Assembly: GCA_034665065.1 (NCBI GenBank)
Contig: JAXDGL010000018.1
Span: 20,126 to 84,125, forward strand
DNA: 64,000 nt
Direction of reading: 5' to 3'
DNA from: Thermoanaerobaculia bacterium
Lineage (GTDB): Bacteria > Acidobacteriota > Thermoanaerobaculia > Gp7-AA8
Position 1 is the first letter of the stretch; the number at the start of each line of letters is the position of its first letter. Below the pieces are notes generated by a model. The model was not told the origin of the DNA. It did no database searches and saw only the letters and a list, made by a program, of their open reading frames with translations. Of this stretch, positions 41,010-50,825 are shown piece after piece. The position numbers and the translations under genes were made by a program.

Positions 41010-41291
41010 TCTTCCAAGCCAGCTAAACCTACGAATCGAGCGCCTTCTCCCCCACGCTTTTTGTGGAGGAGAAGGTGCCGAAGGCGGATGAGGGGGGCGT
41101 TAATCGCGGCAGGCGCTGTGTTCGACGCAAGGTTGCTGGGAAGTGCTAAAAATCCCCACCCCCTCATCCGGCCTTCGGCCACCTTCTCCCCCACTGAAAA
41201 GCGTGGTGGAGAAGGGGCTCGATCAAGATGGATGGCGGGGCTGAAAAACGGTGGGCAGAGCGAGACAACCGACAACCGACAACCGACAACG
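40968..41291. repeat. Composite palindromic element: inverted (gttgtcg)/(cgacaac) arrays around a ~190-bp near-perfect palindrome.
   Basis: Outer arrays lie at 40968-40995 and 41263-41291. The inner palindrome runs ccttctcccccacgctttttgtggaggagaaggtgccgaaggcggatgagggggg ... cccccctcatccggccttcggccaccttctcccccactgaaaagcgtggtggagaagg. Confidence 0.8.
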
Positions 41292-41334
41292 CGCGAAGTG
41301 CACATCGTCGAAGCACACATGGGCTCAGCACACA

Positions 41335-42159
41335 TCAAGGAAATCTCGGGAACTTCTTGAAATCGGGCTTGCGCTTTTCGACGTACGCGTCGCGGCCTTC
41401 CTGTGCTTCCTCCGACAGGTAGTAGAGCAGCGTGGCGTCTCCGCCGAAATCGAGAAGACCGATCTGACCGTCGCAGTCGGCGTTCATTGCGGCTTTCAAA
41501 AAACGTAGCGCCGTCGGCGAGAGCTCGAGCATCTCGCGGCACCACTTCAGCGTTTCTTCTTCGAGCTGCGCGAGCGGGACGACGGTGTTGACCAGACCCA
41601 TGTCGAGCGCCTGGTGCGCGTCGTACTGCCGGCAGAGGAACCAGATCTCGCGCGCTTTTTTCTGGCCGACGATGCGGGCCAGATACGATGATCCGAGTCC
41701 TGCGTCGAACGAGCCGACGCGCGGACCGGTCTGGCCGAAGCGCGCGTTGTCAGCGGCGATCGTCAAATCGCAGACGACGTGCAGCACATGACCGCCGCCG
41801 ATCGCGTAGCCGGCAACCATCGCCACGACCGGCTTGGGCATCGAGCGGATCTGCTTTTGGACATCGAGGATGTTGAGGCGTGGGATTTTCTCGTTCGGAT
41901 CGACGTAGCCGCCTTTGCCGCGGACGCGCTGATCGCCGCCGGAGCAAAACGCGTCGGGGCCCTCGCCGGTGAGGATGATGACGCCGATCTCGCTGTCGTC
42001 GCGAGCCATGTCGAGCGCCTGCTTCATCTCGTTCACCGTCAGCGGCCGGAATGCGTTCCGCACCTCGGGGCGATTGATCGTGATCTTGGCGATGCCATCG
42101 CCGGTTCGCTCGTACTTGATGTCCTGAAAGTCGTGAAGGCTCGTCCAAGTCTCTGCCAT
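41335..42159 (-). CDS. menB: 1,4-dihydroxy-2-naphthoyl-CoA synthase.
   Basis: Crotonase fold, [16 protein letters not shown] ... [22 protein letters not shown]. Confidence 0.95.
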   Translation of the reverse strand: MAETWTSLHDFQDIKYERTGDGIAKITINRPEVRNAFRPLTVNEMKQALDMARDDSEIGVIILTGEGPDAFCSGGDQRVRGKGGYVDPNEKIPRLNILDVQKQIRSMPKPVVAMVAGYAIGGGHVLHVVCDLTIAADNARFGQTGPRVGSFDAGLGSSYLARIVGQKKAREIWFLCRQYDAHQALDMGLVNTVVPLAQLEEETLKWCREMLELSPTALRFLKAAMNADCDGQIGLLDFGGDATLLYYLSEEAQEGRDAYVEKRKPDFKKFPRFP

Positions 42160-42186
42160 GAGCCGGAGGCTATCAAGCGCGGGGCG

Positions 42187-44283
42187 CTACATCAACGGCA
42201 CGCTCACGCGCTGCGGCGCGTCGACGCCTTTCTTGTGGATCGTGACATCGAGCGATGAAGCCCCGAAGGCATTGTCGAGCTGAAGTACGACCTTCGTCGC
42301 GCCATCGGTGTCCGTCATTGCCAGGACCTTCGTTTGTGGTGATGTCTCCATCGTCAAGTCGCTCGGATGGGCGCCGAATACGAACAGCGCGATCCGCCGC
42401 GGACCGCTGCTCATGTCTGCGATTGCGTTCGGCATGAATGTGCGGCCGGCAAATTCGAACGGATACGTGGCTGTCCCAGCGCGGTCACCGCTGACGAAAA
42501 GCCAGCTCTCGTCGTTGCCGATCGGGATCAGTGGAAGAATGGCGGCCTGCCCCAAGGTAGGGACAGTGATATTGACGCGCGCAAATCCACGCTTTTCTGC
42601 GGCTCCAACCATTCCGCGGTCCGCATCGCCCGTGCGCACGAGCGTCTTCAGAGCGTAGCTTCCGGGTGGGAGCATCAAAGTTCCGTAGTAGCGGACGCCG
42701 GTCGCGCGGACCTTCTCCCCGAGCTTGGCGATCTCGAAGGTGACGCTCCGATACAGCCGGTCGCGCACGATGCCGTCGCTGTCGAAGGCGTAGACGAAAA
42801 TATCGGCACCCCCGATCGTCGTACTCGTCTGCCGTACGAGATCGGCACCGTTGATCTCGATGATGACGGGAACCTGCGAGACTTTCGAGTCTGCGGCAGG
42901 GGGGAACGGCGCCGCGAGCACGTTGATCCGAAGATCCTTTTGCGGGATGTCGTTGATGATGATCTGCCCGTTGGTCAGCGCCCGCTCGACCGGCGAATCG
43001 GAGCCAGGCTCGTAGTAGCCGGGACGATGCAACACGCGCATTCCGGGCGGCACGTTGACGAGCTTCACGCTGATGGTGTGAAACGCGCCGGGCGAGCTGT
43101 CGGGAACGTGAAAGCCGAGGACGTAGACGACTTCCTGCTGGCGAAGCAGGCGCGCAAAGTCGGTGCTCAAGTCGTTCGAGTTCTGAAACACTTCGCCGCC
43201 CGTTGGACGCGCCAGCAGAAAAAGGCTGGCGTTGGAGTTGACGATCGATCCTTCGTCGATGTTGTTCTGTACGCGTACACCCTGGATATCGATCGCCTGG
43301 AGGACGACGTCCGAGGCGCGAAAGTTCGCCGCCATCCGATCGAGAACGGCCATGCTGGAGGTACTGCCGAAAACGGTATCGCTGTCGATCTTCGAAAAGT
43401 CACCGCTCATGATCTGATCATTGCGGCTCTTCTGAGTCGTGGTGGATGCTTTTGTGTCGCGGGCATCGCTCCCCTGAAGAATCCGTGCGTCGAAGCCTTC
43501 TGAGAGAAAGATAGCCTGCTTGCGTCCCGGCACGGAACGGAGCGCACGGGCCAGATTGCTCAGCGTATCGAGCTCCCGCTCGATTCTCTGGCGCACGGCG
43601 GGAATGTTCTTCGCAGTGGCCAGTTGGGCAAGATCGCGCAGGTGCTCCTCCACCTCCGGCCGAACGTCTCGTAGCGGACGCTCTACCGCCGCCGCCGAGC
43701 TTCCCTCAGGAGGAGGTATCGGAGATTCGGCTCCCACCGGCTCGCCAGCGGACCATACCTGGGTCTGATTCGCGAGTTGCAACGGATCAGTGCCGTGGAA
43801 GTTGGCAGGATTGCCGATTGCCGAGGCGACAAGCGCGCGATCGGTAGTGAATGCCGTGACGAAGCGGAATCCGCGATCAACGTCGACGGTGGTGACTGCG
43901 ACCCGATCGCGAGGACCAACACTCTCTTTCACGAAGCGGCGAGCCGCCTCCTGCGCGCGCGCCATCGCTCGCGGCGAAGTGAAACTCAGATCGAATATGA
44001 GAACGAACGAGCGCCGCGCGGCGGCGTTCAGCGGAGAGATCGCGCTGGCGTCATCACGAGCGGCGAAGTCGATCGCGTCGAACGACGTGATCGGTTGCTT
44101 CATCTTCTCGTCGTAAAGCGTGAAGTTTGCGGCGGTGAGACCGCGCACAGGATTTCCGGAACTGTCGAGCACCGTCACGGGCAATTCGACGACATGCACG
44201 TTGATCGTCGATTCGCTTTGTGCGAGCGCGGCGGCCACAAACAGACTTGCGGCAACCATCATCAGGACTTGCCGAAGGGTCAT
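42187..44283 (-). CDS. Secreted VWA-domain protein, paralog 1 of 3 (Acidobacteria-type VWFA-related family).
   Basis: Signal peptide. MIDAS-region LIFDLSFTSP. About 700 aa and collinear with its two neighbours. Confidence 0.8.
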   Translation of the reverse strand: MTLRQVLMMVAASLFVAAALAQSESTINVHVVELPVTVLDSSGNPVRGLTAANFTLYDEKMKQPITSFDAIDFAARDDASAISPLNAAARRSFVLIFDLSFTSPRAMARAQEAARRFVKESVGPRDRVAVTTVDVDRGFRFVTAFTTDRALVASAIGNPANFHGTDPLQLANQTQVWSAGEPVGAESPIPPPEGSSAAAVERPLRDVRPEVEEHLRDLAQLATAKNIPAVRQRIERELDTLSNLARALRSVPGRKQAIFLSEGFDARILQGSDARDTKASTTTQKSRNDQIMSGDFSKIDSDTVFGSTSSMAVLDRMAANFRASDVVLQAIDIQGVRVQNNIDEGSIVNSNASLFLLARPTGGEVFQNSNDLSTDFARLLRQQEVVYVLGFHVPDSSPGAFHTISVKLVNVPPGMRVLHRPGYYEPGSDSPVERALTNGQIIINDIPQKDLRINVLAAPFPPAADSKVSQVPVIIEINGADLVRQTSTTIGGADIFVYAFDSDGIVRDRLYRSVTFEIAKLGEKVRATGVRYYGTLMLPPGSYALKTLVRTGDADRGMVGAAEKRGFARVNITVPTLGQAAILPLIPIGNDESWLFVSGDRAGTATYPFEFAGRTFMPNAIADMSSGPRRIALFVFGAHPSDLTMETSPQTKVLAMTDTDGATKVVLQLDNAFGASSLDVTIHKKGVDAPQRVSVPLM

Positions 44284-44285
44284 GA

Positions 44286-46310
44286 TTACGGCCGCACCAC
44301 CGCGACGCTGGCCGTCTGCGCCTCGGTCACGCCCTTCTTATGAACCGTGACTTGCAGCGAGGAAGCCTGCGCCGGATCGTCGAGCTGGAGGACGAGCTTC
44401 GTGCCGCCGGTGATCGGAATCGTGCCGAGCAGCTTCGTCTTCGGGGTCGTTTCCCACGTCAGCTCACTCGCGGACGCGCCGTAGACGACGACGGCCACTT
44501 TGTTCGATGCCGTGGCGCTCGGGATGAAGTTCTGCCCGTTCAGTTCGAAGGGATAGTCGCCCGTCGCCCCGCGATCCGTACCTTTCACCAGCAGCCACTT
44601 CGGTTGCTCATCGATCGGAATCGGCGGCAGGACGACGATCTCCCCCGCCCTCGGCACGATCACGTCCGTCCGCGCGAAGCCACGCTTCTCGATCTCGTTC
44701 GGGTTCTTCTTATCCGGTTCACCGGCACGCACCAGCGACTTGATGGCGTACGTCCCGGGAGGCAGCATGAGCGTGCCGTAGTAGCGAACGCCGCTCGTGC
44801 GCAAACGGTCGCCGACTTTCTTCATGTCCAGCGTTAGACGCTGATAGAGGCGATCGCGAACGATGCCTTCGGAATCAAACGCGTAGACGAAAATCTCCGC
44901 GGACGCCACGTTGCCCTTCGCGTGTTTGGCGAGATCGGCGCCATTGAGATCGAGGATGACCGGAACCTGCGAGTTGCCATTCGCTCCCGGAAACGGCGCT
45001 GCAAACGAAGCGAGGTGCACATCATCCTGCGGGATATCGTTGACGATGACTTCGGCCGTCGTCAGCGCGCGCTCGGCTGCCGACTCACCGCCGTTCTCGT
45101 AGTAGCCCATGCGGTAGGAGACGCGGCCCGGCGAGTTGACGAGCTTCACTTTCAAGTCATGGAACTTACCAGGGCTCAACGTCGGAGCCTGAAAGCCGAG
45201 GACATAGACGACTTCCTGGGCGTGCAGCATGCGGTCAAAGTTGTTCTTGAGGTCGTTCGAGTTCTGGAAGACTTCGCCGCCCGTGGGGCTGGAGAGGACG
45301 TGCAGCCCGGCGTTGGAGTTGAAGTTGGAGCCTGCGGCGTCATTCTGAACACGGACGCCCTGAATATCGATGGCGTGGAGAACAACATCGGACGAACGGA
45401 AGGCTTTGGCCATCCTGTCCAGCGTCGTCAAGGTCGCAGTGTTTCCGTAACGCGCATCGTTATCGACCGCCCAGACCTGTCCTGCCATGACTGCGCTGTT
45501 GTCGCGCGCGGCGGCCTCGGTGTCGCGGGCGTCACGCCCTTGCAGATACTTCGCATCGAAACCTTCGGAGAGGAGGATCACCTGCTTGCGGCCCGGTACG
45601 GCGCGAAGTGTCTTGGCCAGATCAGCGAGATAGTCCACTTGCTTGTCGACGCGCGCCTTGATGTATTGCTCGTTGCTACGCGTCATCTGCACTTGCCGCT
45701 CGGCCATTTCAACATCTGCTACGGACTTTGCTTCGCCGGCAGAAGCAGGTTGGGGGGTTTTGACGCTGTCACCGTTCGTCAGATCGGCGACGAAGGTCTG
45801 ATTGCCGATCTGCAGCGGATCATTACCGCGGAAGCCGCTCGGGTCGTTGATCGCTGCGGAAACGAGGGCGTGGTCGGTGGTGAATGCGGTGAGCAGACGG
45901 AAGCCATGATCGTTGTCGAGCGTGCCGACGCCGACGAGGTCGCGGGGCTGAACGGCGGTCGTGACGAAACGCCGGGCCGCTTCCTTCGCGCGGACGAGCG
46001 ACTTCGGAGACGAGTAGCCGAGGTCGAAGAGGAGCAGGAACGAGCGGCGCGCGGCGGGATTCATCGGCGAGATCGCGCTGACCGCTTCTTTTGACTGAAA
46101 ATCGATCTTGTCGAATGACGTGATGGCCTGTTTCTTTCCGCCGTCGTAGAGCTCGAAATTCGCGGCGGTCAGACCGCGCACGGGATTTCCGCTGGAGTCG
46201 ACGACAGAGACAGGAACTTCGACAACGTTGACGTTGACCGTTTCGCGCATCTGCGCGAACGCAGATCCCACGCAGATCATCATGACTGCCGCTACGAATC
46301 GAAGCTTCAT
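44286..46310 (-). CDS. Secreted VWA-domain protein, paralog 2 of 3.
   Basis: Signal peptide. LLFDLGYSSP, in which the first MIDAS Ser is replaced by Gly. Two bp separate it from paralog 1. Confidence 0.8.
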   Translation of the reverse strand: MKLRFVAAVMMICVGSAFAQMRETVNVNVVEVPVSVVDSSGNPVRGLTAANFELYDGGKKQAITSFDKIDFQSKEAVSAISPMNPAARRSFLLLFDLGYSSPKSLVRAKEAARRFVTTAVQPRDLVGVGTLDNDHGFRLLTAFTTDHALVSAAINDPSGFRGNDPLQIGNQTFVADLTNGDSVKTPQPASAGEAKSVADVEMAERQVQMTRSNEQYIKARVDKQVDYLADLAKTLRAVPGRKQVILLSEGFDAKYLQGRDARDTEAAARDNSAVMAGQVWAVDNDARYGNTATLTTLDRMAKAFRSSDVVLHAIDIQGVRVQNDAAGSNFNSNAGLHVLSSPTGGEVFQNSNDLKNNFDRMLHAQEVVYVLGFQAPTLSPGKFHDLKVKLVNSPGRVSYRMGYYENGGESAAERALTTAEVIVNDIPQDDVHLASFAAPFPGANGNSQVPVILDLNGADLAKHAKGNVASAEIFVYAFDSEGIVRDRLYQRLTLDMKKVGDRLRTSGVRYYGTLMLPPGTYAIKSLVRAGEPDKKNPNEIEKRGFARTDVIVPRAGEIVVLPPIPIDEQPKWLLVKGTDRGATGDYPFELNGQNFIPSATASNKVAVVVYGASASELTWETTPKTKLLGTIPITGGTKLVLQLDDPAQASSLQVTVHKKGVTEAQTASVAVVRP

Positions 46311-46377
46311 CGATTTCCTCCTGGATTGGCTTTTACAACAGCGATGCGAGCTGGCCGCAACGCCCAGTGCGACCCGT

Positions 46378-48405
46378 TCACTGCACCACCATCGGCACGC
46401 TCGACTTCCGGGCGTCGCTCGATCCCTTCTTGTGTACGGTTACGTCGAACGATGCTGGACCGCTTTGCAGGCCGGCGGGAGCGTAGTCGAAAATGAGCTT
46501 CATCACATCCTGCCCTTGTAAGCGTGTGACCTCGTCCGGAGCTTCAGAGCGCGGCTGGCCGCGGCCATCGGTAGTCGCGGTTTCCAACGCGAGCTCGTCC
46601 GGTTCGACATTGAAGACGAAGACGGCCACACGCCGGGAGCGGCCGTTGGCGACATGCGCGCTGGCGCTCGGCATGAACGGATCGCCGTTGATGTGAAACG
46701 GATAGGCGGCCGCTTCGTCACGTGAGGCGCCCCGAACCACAACCCATGATGCTGGATCATCGAGAAACATCGGCGGAAGAAGAGCGACGTCGAACGCAGC
46801 GGGAACGTCGACCGTCGTCCGGGCGAATCCTTTTCGCTCCGTTCCTGCGACACGGACGAGCGTCTTTACGTCGTACTTGCCGGGCGAGAGCGTCAGCGTC
46901 GAGAAGAGTTTGATCCCGTTATGCCCCGACAGTTTGGCGCGATCGATCGACAGCCGTTGGTACGAGCGGTCGCGAACGACTCCCGAGTCGTCGAATGCAT
47001 AGACGTACACCTCGGCAGTCACGGCGTTCGATTTGGCATCGCGCACGAGGCCGGCACCGTCGATGTCGATCACCATCGGCACGGCGCCGGTGCCGCTTCG
47101 CGGAAACGCAGCAGCCAACGCGGCGACCGGGATGTCGTTCTGGGGAAGGTCGTTGAGAATGATCTCGGCATTCGAAAGCGAACGTTCCAGCGCGTTTTCC
47201 ACGCCGGACTCGTAGTAGCCGGCGCGATGAAAGACGTTCACGCCTGGCACGCCGGTAACCTTAACTTTGAGCTCGTGGAACTTTCCGTCCTTCGAGGCCG
47301 GCGAGGCAAATCCGAGAACGTAGACGACATCCTGCGAACGCAACATCTTCTCGAGATCGGCATTGATGTCGTTCGAGTTCTTGAAGACTTCGCCTCCCGT
47401 TGGCCGCGACAACAGATGGAGCGCCTCGTTGGAGTTGATGTGAGCCCCGTTTTCGTCGTTCTGCACGCGCACACCCTGGATATCGACGCCGTGCAGGACG
47501 ACGTCCGAGCCGCGAAACGTGCGCGCCATCTCTTCCAGAATCGTCATCGTCATCGAGCTGCCGTAGCGGGCGTCGGTGTCGACACGCCATTGATTTCCTG
47601 ACGTCGTCTGATTCGCGTCGTCCTGCTCGTCGACGCTGGAGTGCACGTCGCGCCCGCGTACGAGCCGCGGATCAAAACCCTCGGAGAAGAGGATGACCTG
47701 CTTGCGGCCGGGCAGCACGCGAAGCACACGGCCAAGATCGCCGAGAAGATGCAGTTGCCGCTCGATGCGCGATCGGTTGTATTGATCGTTGAGTTTCTTC
47801 TCCCCCCGAGCGATGTCGGCGGTGAAATCATCGATGCCATGGACGTCGGCTCGCGGCGACGCATCCTGCACCGGAGCAGCCAGAACGGCGCTGCCGGCGA
47901 TTCGGAGCGGGTCGGAGGAGACGAATGTGCGCGGGTTGGCGATGGCCGCACCGAGGAGGTTGCGGTCGGTCGTGAGAGAGGTGACCATCCGGAATCCATG
48001 GTCAACGTCGACGGTCGCGACGGCCGCGAGGTCGCGACGCCCCATCCCGCGGGCGATAAAGTTTTTTGCCGCTTCCTGCGCTTTATTTCGTCCGACCGGC
48101 GACGAGAACGAGAGATCGAAGAGGAGGATGAAGTTGCGGCGCGCCGACGGATTGAGCGGCGAGGTGGTCTTGCTGATCTCGGCCGAGGCGAAGTCGATGG
48201 CATCGAAATGCGTGATCGGCTTTCGCGCGCCACGATCGAAGAGCTCGAAGTTCGCCGCGGTCAGACCACGCACCGGATTCCCGGACCGGTCGACCACCGT
48301 GACCGGAACCTCGACGAGGTGGACGTCGATCGTTTCCTTGACCTGAGCAAAGGCCGCGCTCGTCGCGAGCAACAGAACGAGCGCAACGCGGCCGGGGCAA
48401 CCCAT
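46378..48405 (-). CDS. Secreted VWA-domain protein, paralog 3 of 3.
   Basis: Signal peptide. LLFDLSFSSP gives a canonical DxSxS. Confidence 0.8.
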   Translation of the reverse strand: MGCPGRVALVLLLATSAAFAQVKETIDVHLVEVPVTVVDRSGNPVRGLTAANFELFDRGARKPITHFDAIDFASAEISKTTSPLNPSARRNFILLFDLSFSSPVGRNKAQEAAKNFIARGMGRRDLAAVATVDVDHGFRMVTSLTTDRNLLGAAIANPRTFVSSDPLRIAGSAVLAAPVQDASPRADVHGIDDFTADIARGEKKLNDQYNRSRIERQLHLLGDLGRVLRVLPGRKQVILFSEGFDPRLVRGRDVHSSVDEQDDANQTTSGNQWRVDTDARYGSSMTMTILEEMARTFRGSDVVLHGVDIQGVRVQNDENGAHINSNEALHLLSRPTGGEVFKNSNDINADLEKMLRSQDVVYVLGFASPASKDGKFHELKVKVTGVPGVNVFHRAGYYESGVENALERSLSNAEIILNDLPQNDIPVAALAAAFPRSGTGAVPMVIDIDGAGLVRDAKSNAVTAEVYVYAFDDSGVVRDRSYQRLSIDRAKLSGHNGIKLFSTLTLSPGKYDVKTLVRVAGTERKGFARTTVDVPAAFDVALLPPMFLDDPASWVVVRGASRDEAAAYPFHINGDPFMPSASAHVANGRSRRVAVFVFNVEPDELALETATTDGRGQPRSEAPDEVTRLQGQDVMKLIFDYAPAGLQSGPASFDVTVHKKGSSDARKSSVPMVVQ

Positions 48406-48465
48406 TCGGATGATTTCTCCCTGATACTGACCGGACAGAATGCCCGAAATACGCGCCGGATTCCG

Positions 48466-49143
48466 TTACGTGTCTGTGGCGTTTCGCCGGGACGCCTTCG
48501 GCGCGCGCGCCGGCGCTTTGCGCGGCGCACCACTCTTCAGCATCCCGTCGCGCAGGATCCGCGAGATCTCGCCCACCACTTCGTCTGTGTTTTTTCCGAA
48601 ATGGTCTTTCACACCGAAGAGAATCTCGATCGAGAAGTAGTTGTAGAAAATACGCGTGGCCAGCATCACGGCGGAGATCGGGGAGAGACCATCCTGGAGA
48701 CGGCCGGCAAGCTCGTCCTCCATCCCATGCTTCTTCATGAACGAGTCGAAGCGCAACGCCATGTCGCCGTAGAACTTGCGAATGTGCGTGCCGTCGAACT
48801 CGACGACGTCGACGTAGATCAGCGCGACATAAGCGCGATAGTCCTTCACCGTCTCCCGCGCGGCGCGGCCGAGGTCTTCGAGATTCTCGGGGAACGTTCC
48901 CGACGCCAGCGCGCGGTTGAACGGGAATTCAGGGTTCGACATGGCCAGGAAATATTGATCGAGCAGTTCCCGGAAGATCGTCTCCTTATCCGAAAAGTGA
49001 TGGTAGACGTTTCCTTTCGACACGCCCGCTTCCTCGGCAATGTCGCGGACACTCGTCGCGCCGTATCCGCGGTGCGAGAACAGTTTGAGCGCGGCTTCGA
49101 GGATTTGGGCGCGGCTGCGCTCGGAGCGCTCTTCCTGGTTCAT
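48466..49143 (-). CDS. TetR-family transcriptional regulator.
   Basis: N-terminal helix-turn-helix RAQILEAALKLFSHRGYGATSVRDIAEEAGVSKGNVYHHF. Confidence 0.9.
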   Translation of the reverse strand: MNQEERSERSRAQILEAALKLFSHRGYGATSVRDIAEEAGVSKGNVYHHFSDKETIFRELLDQYFLAMSNPEFPFNRALASGTFPENLEDLGRAARETVKDYRAYVALIYVDVVEFDGTHIRKFYGDMALRFDSFMKKHGMEDELAGRLQDGLSPISAVMLATRIFYNYFSIEILFGVKDHFGKNTDEVVGEISRILRDGMLKSGAPRKAPARAPKASRRNATDT

Positions 49144-49153
49144 GGTCTCTCCG

Positions 49154-49336
49154 CGGGTGTCGGGGACCGGGGGTCGGGAATCGGAAATAAGCCTTCTTGC
49201 GCGAGCACGTCACCTCCGACACCGAACATCGATTTTTGATCCGCAGATGACGCAGATCGACGCAGATGAGCTTTGATCTGCGAGCATCTGCGTAATCTGC
49301 GGATCACCCACATCCACTTTCCGACTCCCGACTCCC
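49154..49336. repeat. Inverted (gggtcgg)/(ccgactc) heptamer arrays around a triple-repeat palindrome.
   Basis: Left arm gggtgtcggggaccgggggtcgggaatcgg; right arm ccgactcccgactcccg. Confidence 0.8.
49248..49305. promoter_or_regulatory. Candidate operator: three direct cgcagat units mirrored by three atctgcg units.
   Basis: gatccgcagatgacgcagatcgacgcagatgag / ctttgatctgcgagcatctgcgtaatctgcggatc. It lies between the TetR gene start and the upstream gene run. Confidence 0.4.
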
Positions 49337-49352
49337 GAAACGCGACACCCTC

Positions 49353-50825
49353 TCAGGATGACACATCCAACATCTCTCGAAGTTTCGGCTTTTCAACTTT
49401 TCCGTACGGTGTTCGCGGCAAGGACGCGACGAAGATGTAGCGCTTCGGCAGCTTGAACTTCGAAATGCGCTCCGCGAGATAGACTTCCAGCGTCTCCGCA
49501 GTGGCATCGCCGACGATAAACGCGACCGCTACCTCTCCCCACGTTTCATCCGCAACGGAGAGGACCGCAGCGTCAGCAACATTCGGATGCGAGACGAGCT
49601 GCGCCTCGATCTCGGCCGGATAGACGTTCACGCCGCCGCTGATGAACATCTCTTTCTTGCGGCCGGCGATGTAGAAAAATCCTTCGTCATCGCGTCGTGC
49701 GAGATCGCCGGTGTGCAGCCAGCCGTCAGCGTCGAACGCCTCGCGCGTCGCGTCGGGATTGTTCCAATAGCCGAGTGCGACGTGCGGCCCGCGGATCCAC
49801 ATCTCACCGACATCTCCCGCCGGCATCTCCGCGCCGTTTTCATCCACCACACGAATCTCGGTGAACATCATCGGCTTTCCGATCGATCCCGCCTTGCGCC
49901 GCGAGTCTTCCACGGTCATCGAGAAGCAATTCACGCCCGCTTCGGTCATGCCGTAACCCTGTTTCATCTCGATGCCGCGCTTCTGATAGGCATCGATGAT
50001 GTAGTGCGGGAGCGGCGCGCCGCCGGAGATGAACCAGCGCACGTGACGGAAATCCACGCTCGCGAATTCGGGCGACTCCATTAGCATCTTCAGCGTGGTC
50101 GGGACGCCGAGAACGACCGTCGCTTTCTCCCGTTCGATTCTGCGCAGAACTTCGGCTACATCAAACGTGCGATGCAACACGATCGTCCCGCCGACCGTGA
50201 AGATGGGGATGAGAAACGCGGCCACACCACCGGCGTGATAGAGCGGCGTGTAGATCGGACTGACGTCGTCCTCGCGCAGTCCCCAGTTCACGGCCGTGTT
50301 GTAGCCGTTCCACCAGAGCTGACGTTTCGGAATCATCACGCCTTTTGGTTTTCCGGTGGTGCCCGAAGTGTAGAGAAGGCAGTAAGGGTCTTCGGGTGTG
50401 GCGTGTGGGGAGTGGGGGGTGGTAGCGGGAGTCGCTTGTCGGGCGTCGGATTCCGACGAAACCGATACGCGGCACCCGATACCGGCCACGTCGAAGTCGC
50501 CGCTTGTGAACAGCACGCTCATCTCGCAGTCATCGACGATCTGCCGCCGTTCGTGATTCGTCGCGCGCGTCGAAAGCGGCACGACGATCGCGCCGCACTT
50601 GGCAGCGGCAAAGAAAAGCGCGAGAAAGTCGATCGAGTTGTGAAAGAGGATCCCGTATCGATCGCCTGGTCCGACTCCCGTTGCGACGACGGCAGCCGCG
50701 GCGCGCTCTGCGCGAGCGTTCAATTCCGCGTACGTGAGCCGCTCGCCGGTTTCGACCGCGACGAGGGCCAGCTTGCCGGGCGTGAGACGGGCCCGCTCCG
50801 CGAGCAGGTCGCCGTCGAAAATCAA
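49353..50825 (-). CDS. AMP-dependent synthetase/ligase (acyl-CoA synthetase-like).
   Basis: YTSGTTGKPKGV AMP-binding motif and C-terminal GRKKEM. Confidence 0.88.
   Translation of the reverse strand: MIFDGDLLAERARLTPGKLALVAVETGERLTYAELNARAERAAAAVVATGVGPGDRYGILFHNSIDFLALFFAAAKCGAIVVPLSTRATNHERRQIVDDCEMSVLFTSGDFDVAGIGCRVSVSSESDARQATPATTPHSPHATPEDPYCLLYTSGTTGKPKGVMIPKRQLWWNGYNTAVNWGLREDDVSPIYTPLYHAGGVAAFLIPIFTVGGTIVLHRTFDVAEVLRRIEREKATVVLGVPTTLKMLMESPEFASVDFRHVRWFISGGAPLPHYIIDAYQKRGIEMKQGYGMTEAGVNCFSMTVEDSRRKAGSIGKPMMFTEIRVVDENGAEMPAGDVGEMWIRGPHVALGYWNNPDATREAFDADGWLHTGDLARRDDEGFFYIAGRKKEMFISGGVNVYPAEIEAQLVSHPNVADAAVLSVADETWGEVAVAFIVGDATAETLEVYLAERISKFKLPKRYIFVASLPRTPYGKVEKPKLREMLDVSS

Noticed and set aside
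41228-41545. Short ORFs (64-199 aa) inside the menA-menB intergenic palindrome.
   Set aside because: They are read across palindromic repeat arms and heptamer arrays, which gives repetitive low-complexity translations. The region is better explained as a repeat element.
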